A stretch of 40,896 bases of DNA, taken from IMG/VR virus record IMGVR_UViG_3300049194_000147, positions 1 to 40,896 of that record. One strand, written 5' to 3'. This stretch comes from a virus (lineage: Duplodnaviria; Caudoviricetes). The position numbers and the translations under genes were made by a program. Positions 8,521 through 18,652 of the stretch are shown here, piece by piece. The first letter of the stretch is position 1. Every line of letters starts with the position of its first letter. The notes below the pieces were generated by a model that saw nothing but the letters and a program-made list of their open reading frames with translations, was not told the DNA's origin and did no database searches.

Positions 8521-11238
8521 ATGACTATTACACAGTTACAGGAAGCCATCGATACCAATTTTACCCCAACCGGATCCGATAAAATTACGGCTGCCGAGTT
8601 ACGTACCGTAATGGGTAACATAAAAGATGAGTTGTTGGCCCGTGGTATTACCATTGTTGCCGATACAACAGCCCTGGCAGCACTCAGCGGAGCAAATTAC
8701 AAAGCCGCTATTGTAGAAAGCAATGGCGTGTTTAAATGGCTAAGCAGTGGTACAGCCAACGGCACCACCATTTTTTCAGCAGCAGGCGGCGGCACATGGA
8801 ACAGGGTAATATCTGTAACAGGCGGTGCTTACGCAATTGATGATTTAACTGATGTTAGCGTTACAAGCCCCACAACCGGGCAGGTATTAAAGTGGAACGG
8901 TACCGCATGGGTAAACGATACAGATGCAACCGGTGGTGGCGGTGGTGGTGCTGCAACATCCCTTGTTGCAGGTACGGCTCCAACGCAGGTGGGCACGCTT
9001 CTCAGCGAGACATTCCCAGGCACATCTCTGAGCGGAACGAACTGGACAGGTGGCCTGCCAACTGGCGCAACTGTCAACAATAAGCTGATCATCGCTTCCG
9101 GTGCTTCTGATTGGAGCCGGTTCATAAAGCTGGCGAAGCTATATCTGTACGAAAAGGCAGATTGGGTGTTCGACTTCAAAGCCGTTACCAAAGCTGCAGG
9201 TGATGCTTGGGGATTGCATCAAGATACAGGCACTTTTCTCCTATTGTACAGTGCCTCAATCTATTTGAAGGTTGACCTTTCCAATGGAGTGGACTCCGGG
9301 CGAGTTTCCATCGGAAGCACAACTGCCGCCAACGAATATGGCTATGCTCAGCCTTTGGCGTTTTCTGCAGGTGACAATCTTCGCCTCACCATACGACGTA
9401 CTCCGTGGAAAACGGTAACAATCCTCGAGAACTTGACTACTCCTGCCACTCCAAAAGCATACGGTGAGTTTGATCTGCAGCAGTGGGGTACTCAGGGGTA
9501 TGTTCGCCTTACATTCCTTGGTGGTCAGCAGGAGTTTACATCCGTAAGTATTGCAAGCCGCATGAGAAACTTTGGCGGCACAAAAGGTGTAATATTTGCC
9601 GGCGACTCTGTTGTACATGGCAGTGGTGCAACCGATGTTCATAACAGATGGACAAACGTGCTCATGAAAGGTCAGCAGCACCTTTTCGAAAACGTTGGTG
9701 TAGGAGCCTGGCTGATCGGTACTTGGAATACTCATGCCGCCGCTGAGGTGTTGAACGCCATTGATGCTAAGTATTTGGTGCTGCAGTTCAGTGGAAATGA
9801 TGTAATTCAGGCGACCAATTTAACCACGTTTGAATCGAGCATAGATACGGCTGTTACTTATGCTCAAAGTCTGGGCTATACGGTAATTATCTTTTCAATT
9901 GCACCTTTCTCGGCTGGGAGTGCTGTACCTTATAACACTCGTCTGCAAACTGTAGCAACAAATCGAGGTTGCAAGTATGTTGACATTTATACAGCCTTGG
10001 TAGGAACCGGTACTGCGCCCAATCAAAACTACATAGCAGACGGCATTCATTACAACAACTTGGGGCAAAAGGTTTGGGCAGAAGCCGCTGCTAAGCAAGT
10101 TCCTGAGCTGTACGCAGATATTTTCTCAGACATAAACAACGGAGATGTAGTAACTCACAATCTTCCTTTGGGGCTGAGTAATGATGACTTGGTTACTATT
10201 GATGTGTATGGCAAACACAGAAGAACGTCTCGCAAGAATGTTACTGACAATCTTATTCGCCTCCAACCAACGCTTTATGAAACGCAAAGCGGCAGTGCTG
10301 CAATTAGCGGTGATTTTGTAAACGGTGGTTTTGTTCAACAGAAATCTAATTCAGGATTACGGATAGGATTTAATAATGGCGCATACGACAATAATGGAAC
10401 AAACATTATTGTTACAAACGCAGGTGTTGGAGGCACAGGTTTCCCGCAGCTTTTCAATAATGTAACTGGTGGAGGTAACATTATTCTATTTGCAGGTGCA
10501 AATGCTGTTGCAAAGGCTAACTCGGCTGGTCAAATTTCAGGTGTAGGAAACATTGCAATCAATACAACTTTAGGTAATAGCAGCAACTGGGCTGGCGATG
10601 GAAATATTCAAATCAGCTCTAAAAACACATTCTTCACAACAGCGCAAAGAAATATAGGCATTGGTGAAGAAAGTGGCGGTGCTCTTACGACCGGAAGCTT
10701 CCACATTGCTCTTACAAACAGACTAAACTATAACGGTCCGGGTACAGCTGGTTGGTGTGCTAACAACGCCGAAGGAACAATTATCCTTGGTACTCCGTGG
10801 GATTACACAGGAGCAGAAACACTTGCCAGCGGTGAAGTTGTAATCTCTTCCTACAGCCGTGGTTCTCGCATCTACAACTTTGGCCCTAAAGGCGGCATTG
10901 CAACAAACGTAATCTGGAGGCCAGGCTACACCGGTGGCACAAACACTGCTGGTTACGACCTCATCATTCAAGGTTCTCGTGGTGTTGGTAACGTAGGTGG
11001 TGGGCCGATCATTTTCCAGATTGCTCAGGCAGGTGCATCAGGTTCTGCTGCTAACTCTTCATTTACTGAAAAATTCAGAATAACAAATGCTGGTATCAAA
11101 ACTGAGCAGCCATCAGCAAGTGGTGCCGGTGATTGGAAGCTGGGTAAACTGGTAACAGCTGCAGTAACAGCAGATACAACTCGCTATGTGGAAGTATCAG
11201 TTGACGGTGTGGTGTACAAACTGATCGTAGCAGCATAA
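8521..11238 (+). CDS. Tail fibre/spike with SGNH (GDSL) hydrolase domain
   Basis: ATG at 8521; fibre repeat IDDLTDV...GQVLKWNGTAWVN; SGNH blocks GDSV, G, GND, DGIHYN; Gly/Asn-rich C-terminal region. Confidence 0.8.
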   Translation: MTITQLQEAIDTNFTPTGSDKITAAELRTVMGNIKDELLARGITIVADTTALAALSGANYKAAIVESNGVFKWLSSGTANGTTIFSAAGGGTWNRVISVTGGAYAIDDLTDVSVTSPTTGQVLKWNGTAWVNDTDATGGGGGGAATSLVAGTAPTQVGTLLSETFPGTSLSGTNWTGGLPTGATVNNKLIIASGASDWSRFIKLAKLYLYEKADWVFDFKAVTKAAGDAWGLHQDTGTFLLLYSASIYLKVDLSNGVDSGRVSIGSTTAANEYGYAQPLAFSAGDNLRLTIRRTPWKTVTILENLTTPATPKAYGEFDLQQWGTQGYVRLTFLGGQQEFTSVSIASRMRNFGGTKGVIFAGDSVVHGSGATDVHNRWTNVLMKGQQHLFENVGVGAWLIGTWNTHAAAEVLNAIDAKYLVLQFSGNDVIQATNLTTFESSIDTAVTYAQSLGYTVIIFSIAPFSAGSAVPYNTRLQTVATNRGCKYVDIYTALVGTGTAPNQNYIADGIHYNNLGQKVWAEAAAKQVPELYADIFSDINNGDVVTHNLPLGLSNDDLVTIDVYGKHRRTSRKNVTDNLIRLQPTLYETQSGSAAISGDFVNGGFVQQKSNSGLRIGFNNGAYDNNGTNIIVTNAGVGGTGFPQLFNNVTGGGNIILFAGANAVAKANSAGQISGVGNIAINTTLGNSSNWAGDGNIQISSKNTFFTTAQRNIGIGEESGGALTTGSFHIALTNRLNYNGPGTAGWCANNAEGTIILGTPWDYTGAETLASGEVVISSYSRGSRIYNFGPKGGIATNVIWRPGYTGGTNTAGYDLIIQGSRGVGNVGGGPIIFQIAQAGASGSAANSSFTEKFRITNAGIKTEQPSASGAGDWKLGKLVTAAVTADTTRYVEVSVDGVVYKLIVAA

Positions 11239-11261
11239 TAATTTCAAAAAAAAACAAGTAT

Positions 11262-11459
11262 ATGAACCAAATGACAAATCAACAATGCATTGAACTATTA
11301 AAACAGGTAGTAGATGCTGCAGTACAAAAAGGATTATTTGCAACAGCACAGGATGTTGTAACAGTAGGTAATGCTTTAATGCAGGTAAGTTCAGAACTGG
11401 ATCAAAAAAGCAGACTTGAAAATCAAATTGCAGCAAGTTCTGAAAAGGTAATAAGTTAA
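11262..11459 (+). CDS. Small hypothetical protein after fibre gene
   Basis: 65 aa ATG ORF in operon. Confidence 0.6.
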   Translation: MNQMTNQQCIELLKQVVDAAVQKGLFATAQDVVTVGNALMQVSSELDQKSRLENQIAASSEKVIS

Positions 11460-11557
11460 TAAAATACAAAAACTACACCCATGATACCAGAATTACAGGC
11501 TTTAGGTTTAGCAGGTTTGCTCATCCACGCCATGAAATTTTAACAGCATAAAATACC

Positions 11558-11767
11558 ATGTACCACCCAAACATGATACATAAAATAACCCTTACCATCG
11601 AAGGAGCAATTTTAATACTGCTCAGTATCAACACGCAATCGTTTTTCGCTACATTATCAGCTATTGTGGCGGCATGGTACTATGTAGCCATGTTTAAAAT
11701 AAATGTAATCGATACCCGGTACAACGGCAGCTGGAAGGAGTATGTAAAACAAAAACTCAACTTATGA
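11558..11767 (+). CDS. Small membrane protein, holin candidate
   Basis: Two hydrophobic segments and a charged C-terminus, in the lysis cluster. Confidence 0.5.
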   Translation: MYHPNMIHKITLTIEGAILILLSINTQSFFATLSAIVAAWYYVAMFKINVIDTRYNGSWKEYVKQKLNL

Positions 11768-11961
11768 AAGAGTGGCTCAATAAAGTACAACTGCAAAACA
11801 TTGGCTTTTTTGTAATCCTGCTCGGCTGTTTTATCCTAGGCGCAATGGCCATGTTTAAATATCCACCCGAAATATCCGAACGCATTATTACAAAAATGTT
11901 CGATACATGCCTGGTTGGTGCAATCGGTTGGGCCTTTACACTATCAAAAAAAAGCCAATGA
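11764..11961 (+). CDS. Small two-TM membrane protein, holin/antiholin candidate
   Basis: Two TM segments, ATGA overlaps on both sides. Confidence 0.5.
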   Translation: MKEWLNKVQLQNIGFFVILLGCFILGAMAMFKYPPEISERIITKMFDTCLVGAIGWAFTLSKKSQ

Positions 11962-12587
11962 AAAATTATACTACTAACTACCAACTATCCACTATCGGCT
12001 TATTATTAACCATCGGCTTATTTCTTACCGGTTGCAACGGTTGCAATAAACCCACACCGCCACCACCAACAGCACCGCAGGTAATTGAACAGCAATACAA
12101 CCCGGCTATTGATAGTTTGCAAATCATCATCAAACAAAAAATAGATAGCATCAACAACCTGCAGCAACAACTGGCAAAGCAAAAAAACAAAACAGCCATT
12201 GCCTAAAGCAATGCAGCAAAAGCAAGCGACCGTTTGCAGGAAGCATTAAACAAAAAAGATACAAGTGCAGCCTTAACCTATGCCAACGATGTAATTGAAG
12301 AGTTTTATAACTACCGGCAGGAAACTATTTACCAGGATAGCATACAGGATGGCATTATTGAAAAGCAGGCAGCTACCATCAGCAACACAACGGCCGAAGC
12401 AGAATTACAGGCTATCAAATACGATAAATTAAAAACCGCCTACAGCGCACAAAGCATTGCCTTAAACGAAGCAACGCAGCAAAACAACAAACTGCAGAAG
12501 AAATTAAAACGGGCAAAGTTTTGGGGCAAAGTAGCAGGCATTGGCACCGCAGCAGGTGTGGTGCTGGCAGGTTTTGTTTTCTTATAA
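11958..12587 (+). pseudogene. u-spanin-like lipoprotein interrupted by in-frame TAA at 12204-12206
   Basis: Lipobox FLTG-C, Pro-rich linker, coiled coil; the frame stays open after the TAA into 12234-12587, which ends in a TM helix. Confidence 0.65.
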
Positions 12588-12610
12588 TTTTTAACCAATA
12601 AACGAACGAT

Positions 12611-13135
12611 ATGAAAAAAGTAACTTCTTTTCTTAAAACATGGTATGGTGCATTAATTGTATGTGCCATTCTTTTGGCAGCCCGTCAAATAGCTTTTACA
12701 ATTACGAAAAACGATCACAGCAACGCTGTAAAAATTCAACAGGATTGGAAGCAACCCGGTTACGAAGCACAACCCGGCTATGCAGAAATTACAGCCAGCT
12801 TTAGTAAAGCCTGGGAAGATGCAAAACAAAGTGATCTGCATCATACTTTTAAAACACTCAGCTTTATTGTATGCTTTCTGCCATTGGTATGGGCATGGCG
12901 TTTCGATGGTACAGACAGTAAAAACAATGCCATCTGGATCAGCCTCGCATTTATTGCAATTGGTGCATTACTGCCACCATATATTGTGCCGTTACGTTTA
13001 AAAAGCAGCGTAGAGTACACAAAGAAAATATGTTTGAAAAACTTTGTGGAAGGACAAAACTACGATCATCTTTTTCCTGAAACAGATGAGCAGCAACCCG
13101 GCAGCCTTGATGCATTTAATAAAAGCTGCAAATAA
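12611..13135 (+). CDS. Phage membrane protein
   Basis: 174 aa, three hydrophobic segments. Confidence 0.65.
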   Translation: MKKVTSFLKTWYGALIVCAILLAARQIAFTITKNDHSNAVKIQQDWKQPGYEAQPGYAEITASFSKAWEDAKQSDLHHTFKTLSFIVCFLPLVWAWRFDGTDSKNNAIWISLAFIAIGALLPPYIVPLRLKSSVEYTKKICLKNFVEGQNYDHLFPETDEQQPGSLDAFNKSCK

Positions 13136-13545
13136 TGAACGTTTGGCCATACATAACATTTATACTTATTTCTGCACTGCTGCTGCCATTTATTGAATGG
13201 TGCCGGTACAAAAATGAGTTTGGCGAAAAGCCTAACCTTGATAAGCGTGTTACTATTGCTATTGCATTTGTAGCATGGCTGTTGCTATGCTGGTCTTTCC
13301 GTTTGTTTCATTGGCCTGTAGTGTTTTTTGCATTAAGCTGTATCGGCATCCGTGGTGCTTTTTACGATCCTGCATTAAACCTTTTTTTCGGAAGATATAT
13401 CGATGAAGAAAGCAGCACCACCAACAGCAAAACAGATCACTTCGAACGTAAACGTAAAATTTCTTTTTTATTGCAGCGCCTGTTATACTTAGGTGTAGCA
13501 GTTGTATTTGCTGTATTATATGAGTTAACAAAAAATCTAAAATAA
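13135..13545 (+). CDS. Phage membrane protein
   Basis: 136 aa, about four TM segments. Confidence 0.65.
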   Translation: MNVWPYITFILISALLLPFIEWCRYKNEFGEKPNLDKRVTIAIAFVAWLLLCWSFRLFHWPVVFFALSCIGIRGAFYDPALNLFFGRYIDEESSTTNSKTDHFERKRKISFLLQRLLYLGVAVVFAVLYELTKNLK

Positions 13546-13552
13546 ATAAACC

Positions 13553-13984
13553 ATGCCCACATCTGCATTTACCCGTGTACAAAGCCTCAACCTCGAACTT
13601 GGTAAAGGCACACACAATTTTACAGCACACACATTAAAAGCTGCATTAACCAACACAGCACCAACTGCTGCCGGCACTACCAAACTGGCCGACATTACAG
13701 AAATTTCTGCAACAGGTGGTTATGCTGCAGGTGGTGTTACACTCGATAGTGTTACCTGGACAAACAGCAGTGGTAACTGCACACTTACCATTGCCGATGA
13801 AACTATTACAGCAGCAGGCGGCTCCATAGGCCCGTTTCGTTATGCATTAATCTACAACAACTCGGCTACGAATAAAGAAGCCATTGGTTTTGTAGATTAT
13901 GGCAGCGCCATTACCCTGGCCGATGGCGAATCGCTGTTGTTAAACTTCGATGATGTAAACGGCATCTTTAAACTCAACTACTAA
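13553..13984 (+). CDS. Conserved phage virion protein (fibre/decoration-type)
   Basis: LKAALTNTAP...EISATGGYAAGG...FRYALIYN...DYG pattern typical of small beta-rich virion proteins. Confidence 0.6.
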   Translation: MPTSAFTRVQSLNLELGKGTHNFTAHTLKAALTNTAPTAAGTTKLADITEISATGGYAAGGVTLDSVTWTNSSGNCTLTIADETITAAGGSIGPFRYALIYNNSATNKEAIGFVDYGSAITLADGESLLLNFDDVNGIFKLNY

Positions 13985-13989
13985 TACCA

Positions 13990-14607
13990 ATGGCAGATAA
14001 TACCACACTTAATGTAGGTACAGGTGGCGATTCGATTGCTACGGATGATATTGGTGGCGTAAAGCACCAGCGTGTAAAAATTACCATTGGTGCCGATGGT
14101 GTAAACGATGGCGATGTATCGGCTGCTAATCCGTTACCGGTAATGGCCATCGATACTTCAAAAGCTCCTATTCAATTTTGGGCAAACGCAGCAGCAGCCG
14201 GTGCAACCAATACCGAAACAGCCATAACGCTTACACGTTCAGCAAGCCCCGGAGCTGCTACAACAACGGCCACTTCGTTTGTAATTACAAACGGAAAACG
14301 TTTTCGTATTACAAGCATAACGTTTGCAACCCGTGGTAATAACACAGCAACTGCACAGGTAACAACCTTTAACATTCGGGTTAATACAGCAGGCGCTGTA
14401 ACAACCACCAGCAACATTTTGTTTTCTGCCCGTTCTGCAACACCGGCAACAGCAAACGCATGGGATCGTACAGCCGTTTTTAATTTTGCAGATGCAGGCC
14501 CCGAAATTGTGGGCGATGGTACGCTGCAAATTGGTGTTACAGCACTGGCTACTTACACAACCAACGCACCCACCTGGGATGTACAAATAATCGGCTACGA
14601 GTTCTAA
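13990..14607 (+). CDS. Ala/Thr-rich virion protein
   Basis: MADNTTLN...DDIGGVKHQRVK...VSAANPLPV N-terminus, beta-rich C-terminus. Confidence 0.6.
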   Translation: MADNTTLNVGTGGDSIATDDIGGVKHQRVKITIGADGVNDGDVSAANPLPVMAIDTSKAPIQFWANAAAAGATNTETAITLTRSASPGAATTTATSFVITNGKRFRITSITFATRGNNTATAQVTTFNIRVNTAGAVTTTSNILFSARSATPATANAWDRTAVFNFADAGPEIVGDGTLQIGVTALATYTTNAPTWDVQIIGYEF

Positions 14608-15506
14608 TGCTGTTAACACTATTTACAAATAATGCCGCCGTACAGTATGTATTAACTGTAACCGCTACTGCTTCTGCAGCAACAGGGCAAACAGTTACAC
14701 TTACGGCTGCACGTAAATTAAACGTAACAGCTACAGCAGGCACAGCAGTAAGCAGTAACGTGTTGCTTACAAAGCAACGTACAATTACTGTTACAGCAGC
14801 TACAGCAACGGCCACAGCTGCCAATGTACAGTTATCAATCAGCCGTTTACTTGCTGTTACAACAACAACGGCAACGGCAACAGGGCAAACAGTTACCATT
14901 ACTGCTGTACGTAAATTAAACGTAACAGCTACATCAGCCACAGCAGTAAGCAGTACTATGCTGCTTACAAAGCAACGTTTACTTACTGTTACAGCAGATG
15001 CAGCAACGGCAACAGCTGCCAATGTACAGTTATCAATCAGCCGTTTACTTGCTGTTACAACAACAACAGCAACGGCAACAGGGCAAACAGTTACACTTAC
15101 TGCTTTTCGTGCAGTAAACGTAACAGCAGCAACAGCCACAGCCGTAAGCAATATCGTTGTAGTACTATACAAAAAAACATTGCAGGTAACGGCGGATGCA
15201 TCAACAGCAGAAGCAGCTACTGTGCAGTTGCTGCAGGCAAAACTGTTACAGGTAACAGAAAGTGCAACACAGGTACAAGCAGCAAGTGTAGTACTCGATT
15301 ACATTTCGCTGGCAACCTTTTATTACAATGTGCTGTACTTAAACAGTGCGGTACAAACAACACAGCAACTTTCATCTGCACCTGTTCATCTGTTGCAATA
15401 CCAAAGCAGCAACACAGCCTTTGTAAACAGCCAATCTGCTGTGGAGTTACAGCAGCAATACAATACACCGGTACAAATTATTTACAACGCAAAATCAATT
15501 GTATGA
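14607..15506 (+). CDS. Thr/Ala-rich repeat protein (22-aa units in 66-aa super-repeats)
   Basis: GQTVT recurs every 66 aa; DNA repeat period 198 bp (14685, 14883, 15081). Confidence 0.7.
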   Translation: MLLTLFTNNAAVQYVLTVTATASAATGQTVTLTAARKLNVTATAGTAVSSNVLLTKQRTITVTAATATATAANVQLSISRLLAVTTTTATATGQTVTITAVRKLNVTATSATAVSSTMLLTKQRLLTVTADAATATAANVQLSISRLLAVTTTTATATGQTVTLTAFRAVNVTAATATAVSNIVVVLYKKTLQVTADASTAEAATVQLLQAKLLQVTESATQVQAASVVLDYISLATFYYNVLYLNSAVQTTQQLSSAPVHLLQYQSSNTAFVNSQSAVELQQQYNTPVQIIYNAKSIV

Positions 15507-15775
15507 GCATTTATAAAAATCAATCGCTGTTAACCCTTTCGTTAGATACATCGGCAGATCTTACCAATACAAGCGATCACCGCATACTGTATAAAAAGCC
15601 CGATGGCACAAAAGGCCATTTTACAGCCAGCACCAGCACTACAAAAATCGAATACCAAACAGCCAATGGCGATCTCGACCAAAGCGGCGAGTGGGAGCTG
15701 CAGGCATACTATGTACTATCGGGCAAAAAAGCCTATGGCAAAATTGTAAAACTAAAAGTGGAGGAAAGTTTATGA
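15503..15775 (+). CDS. Small Ig-like/BppU N-terminal-like virion protein
   Basis: YKKPDG...GDLDQSGEWELQ motif. Confidence 0.6.
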   Translation: MSIYKNQSLLTLSLDTSADLTNTSDHRILYKKPDGTKGHFTASTSTTKIEYQTANGDLDQSGEWELQAYYVLSGKKAYGKIVKLKVEESL

Positions 15776-16299
15776 TACCGCAACAATACAAATTCCTCGA
15801 AGCAATTGAAGAGTTACCACGCATGGTAAAAATTGGTTTGTCGCAATTAGGCACCAAAGAAATTGCAGGTGTTGGAAACAATGCCACCATATTAAGCTGG
15901 GCCAAAGAGTTAGGCATCAGCAATACCTACAATGCCGATAGTATACCCTGGTGTGGTTTGTTTATTGCATTGGTAGTTAAACGCAGCGGCAGGGAGCCAA
16001 TTGATAAACCATTGTGGGCACGCTCATGGGCACAATGGGGCAAACGTACGCAGGTAGCCATGTTGGGCGATGTATTGGTATTTGCAAGAGAAGGCGGCGG
16101 CCATGTAGGTATTTACATTGCAGAGGATAATGATTGTTACCATGTGCTGGGCGGCAACCAAAGCGATGCAGTAACCATTACCCGTATTAAAAAAATACGT
16201 TGCATTGCTGTACAGCGGCCAGCGTACAACAATCAGCCCGCATCAGTAAAACAATACATTGTATCTGCCACCGGCAGCATCAGTGCAAACGAAGCATAG
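15772..16299 (+). CDS. TIGR02594-type NlpC/P60/CHAP-like peptidoglycan hydrolase (probable endolysin)
   Basis: PWCG, ARSW, GGHV, VLGGNQSDAV motifs; ATG at 15772. Confidence 0.8.
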   Translation: MIPQQYKFLEAIEELPRMVKIGLSQLGTKEIAGVGNNATILSWAKELGISNTYNADSIPWCGLFIALVVKRSGREPIDKPLWARSWAQWGKRTQVAMLGDVLVFAREGGGHVGIYIAEDNDCYHVLGGNQSDAVTITRIKKIRCIAVQRPAYNNQPASVKQYIVSATGSISANEA

Positions 16300-16337
16300 C
16301 AAGCAGCAATCATCATACAGTTAGTTTTGGTTTCACC

Positions 16338-16365
16338 GCCCCTGGTTTCTACCGGGGGCTTTTTT
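16338..16365 (+). terminator. Rho-independent terminator
   Basis: GCCCCTGG/CCGGGGGC stem plus T tract. Confidence 0.75.
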
Positions 16366-16454
16366 ATTAAATAGAAACGCCAAAATAAAAAATCGAAAGT
16401 ACCAACAGCAGCACCCACTCCCGACTCCCGACTAACGACTACCGACTTTCTTCC

Positions 16455-16492
16455 ATTGTCCTTCACCCGACCAACCAATCAAAACAATTTTA
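16455..16492 (+). promoter_or_regulatory. Putative late promoter copy 2
   Basis: ATTGTCCTTCACC-N17-CAATTTTA before the head operon. Confidence 0.7.
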
Positions 16493-16496
16493 CAAC

Positions 16497-17711
16497 ATGA
16501 TAAATCCGCTTTCTGCAAAGCAATTGGCAACAATCCTTTCCGATCAATGGTTGATCGAAGTAGGTTATGCCCAAAACATGCAGGAGCTGATCCCTAACAT
16601 TTTAAACGGATCGTACGAAGCAACTGTAAATAACGATCTGCCTTTTCGTGTAAACGCACAAGGCAATCCAACTACAAACGGCGAAGTATTGGTAGTGCCT
16701 ATTAACGGGCCTATGATGAAGTACGATAACTGTGGCAGCCCCGGTACTGCTACCATGGCCGATGCAATCCGCAGTGCACAAACAAACCCGGCTATTAAAA
16801 GTATTGTACTCAGCATCGATAGCCCTGGCGGCAGTGTAAACGGTACCGAAGAGTTGGCCCGTGTTGTTGCTACCAGCAGCAAGCCTGTATACTCATGGGT
16901 ACATGGTATGATGGCCAGTGCAGCCTATTGGGTTGGCAGCCAGGCAAAGCAGGTTATCATCAATGGCCGCACCAGTATGGTTGGTAGCATTGGTACAATG
17001 GCCGTTTTGCAAAAAAGCAATAACGACCGTAATGTGGTTGTGTTTGCCGATCGCAGCACACGCAAAAACCGCTCTTCCTTAAAAGCACAGGAAGGCGATA
17101 CTGCAGAGTACGTAAACGAAATTCTCAATCCACTTAACGATGCATTTGAGGCCGCTGTAACACGCAGCCGTGCCGGTAAAATAGATCTGCAAAAAGAAGA
17201 TGTATTAACCGGTGCCGTATACATCGGCAACAAAGCCATTAAAGCCGGATTGGCCGATCGTATTGGCTCTTTCAAGTATGCAGTTAAACAATCATTACAA
17301 ACAGCAACAATGAATACAGATGTAAAATTCGCTGCTGTACAGGCAGCCGCAAACGTACCTGTACTTACACAAATTGAAGAAGGTTATGTGTTTAGTGCAG
17401 AAGAAATGCAAAGCATGGATACTGCTTTAACCACTGCCGCTGCTACACAGGAGCAGCTTACAGCCGCACAACAGCAATTGCAGGATGCACAGGCACAACT
17501 GCAAACAGCCAACGACCAGCTGGCCGCTGCTGCTACCGAAAAAGAAAACCTGCAAAGCCAAATTGATGCTTTAAAAGCACAAGCGCCTGCATTACAGCAA
17601 ACACCAAAAGCCGGTGCAGATGATGCAAATGCAGGAACAAAAACAGGCTGGGATAAATATGCTACCACTGCCGATGCAGAAATGCAAAAGCGTAAAGCAA
17701 TGCTGCAGTAA
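16497..17711 (+). CDS. S49 (SppA-like) prohead protease with C-terminal scaffold-like coiled coil
   Basis: IDSPGGSV, MASAAYW, VGSIG, GLAD motifs; Ala/Gln-rich tail. Confidence 0.9.
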   Translation: MINPLSAKQLATILSDQWLIEVGYAQNMQELIPNILNGSYEATVNNDLPFRVNAQGNPTTNGEVLVVPINGPMMKYDNCGSPGTATMADAIRSAQTNPAIKSIVLSIDSPGGSVNGTEELARVVATSSKPVYSWVHGMMASAAYWVGSQAKQVIINGRTSMVGSIGTMAVLQKSNNDRNVVVFADRSTRKNRSSLKAQEGDTAEYVNEILNPLNDAFEAAVTRSRAGKIDLQKEDVLTGAVYIGNKAIKAGLADRIGSFKYAVKQSLQTATMNTDVKFAAVQAAANVPVLTQIEEGYVFSAEEMQSMDTALTTAAATQEQLTAAQQQLQDAQAQLQTANDQLAAAATEKENLQSQIDALKAQAPALQQTPKAGADDANAGTKTGWDKYATTADAEMQKRKAMLQ

Positions 17712-17744
17712 CAATTTTTTTAAACATTAAAACACACATAAAAA

Positions 17745-18641
17745 ATGGCAAACCCCGATCTTTCATTGATTGCCTCCTCCTTTGTAGAGTTTGGAGGCCA
17801 GGTTTTTGGTAAGAAGGTGCTCAGCTGGAACTTACGTTCGCTGGGTATTCAGGTTCGTACCAACGTAACTGCCCCCCAACCACTTACAAAGCTGAGTGCA
17901 GTGGGTGGCCCTCGTCCTTACCGTGCACAGGATGATACATCCGGCAATGGTGTAAAATACACAGATCGTATTTTGACTGCTTACCAGTCGAAGTGGGATC
18001 ATGATTTTGATCCGGAAGAGTATCGTAACACCTACCTCAACGCAGGTTTAACCGATCAGACTTTTGCACAGGCTGCAAACGAACAGCTGGCAAAAGAATA
18101 CCTCGATAGCATTACACGCAGTACACTGTACAGCGGTGTACGTAATGGTGCAGGTACAACTGCCGCAGCTATTTGCGATGGCTGGGGTACTATTATTGCT
18201 GCAGAAATTACTGCAACAACCCTTACACCGGTTGCAACAGGTGCATTGTCTACCTCCGATGCTGTTACAAAAACAGAGCAGGTGTGCGAGGCAGTACCAC
18301 ACTGGATGCGCCAGGAAGGTTTCATCGTTTATTGCTCTTATGCAACATTCGATAAATACAAAAAACACTACCGCACACTTAACACGTACGGTTTCGATAA
18401 AAACGAAAACGGTGAGTACACAATTGATGGCTTTAATGCTGTATTGCGTCCTGTAGCATTTATGGGTACCAGTGCACGCCTTATTGCTACACTCCCCGAT
18501 AACCTGGTATTTGGTACCAATGTAGAAGCAATTCAGGTGGCAGCATCTGTACGCCGCAACATTATCGAAAGCCGTCCTATGATGGCTGCCGGTTGCCAAA
18601 TTCAGGATTTGGATGCAATTGTAGTAAACGACCAGGCATAA
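17745..18641 (+). CDS. Major capsid protein (putative)
   Basis: 298 aa directly after protease/scaffold; followed by a strong hairpin. Confidence 0.7.
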   Translation: MANPDLSLIASSFVEFGGQVFGKKVLSWNLRSLGIQVRTNVTAPQPLTKLSAVGGPRPYRAQDDTSGNGVKYTDRILTAYQSKWDHDFDPEEYRNTYLNAGLTDQTFAQAANEQLAKEYLDSITRSTLYSGVRNGAGTTAAAICDGWGTIIAAEITATTLTPVATGALSTSDAVTKTEQVCEAVPHWMRQEGFIVYCSYATFDKYKKHYRTLNTYGFDKNENGEYTIDGFNAVLRPVAFMGTSARLIATLPDNLVFGTNVEAIQVAASVRRNIIESRPMMAAGCQIQDLDAIVVNDQA

Positions 18642-18652
18642 ACAAACCTAAC

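Noticed and set aside
11481-11543. 20-aa ORF MIPELQALGLAGLLIHAMKF
   Set aside because: Too short to support without expression or conservation data.
14549-15172. 207-aa minus-strand ORF
   Set aside because: Antisense shadow of the Thr/Ala repeat gene.
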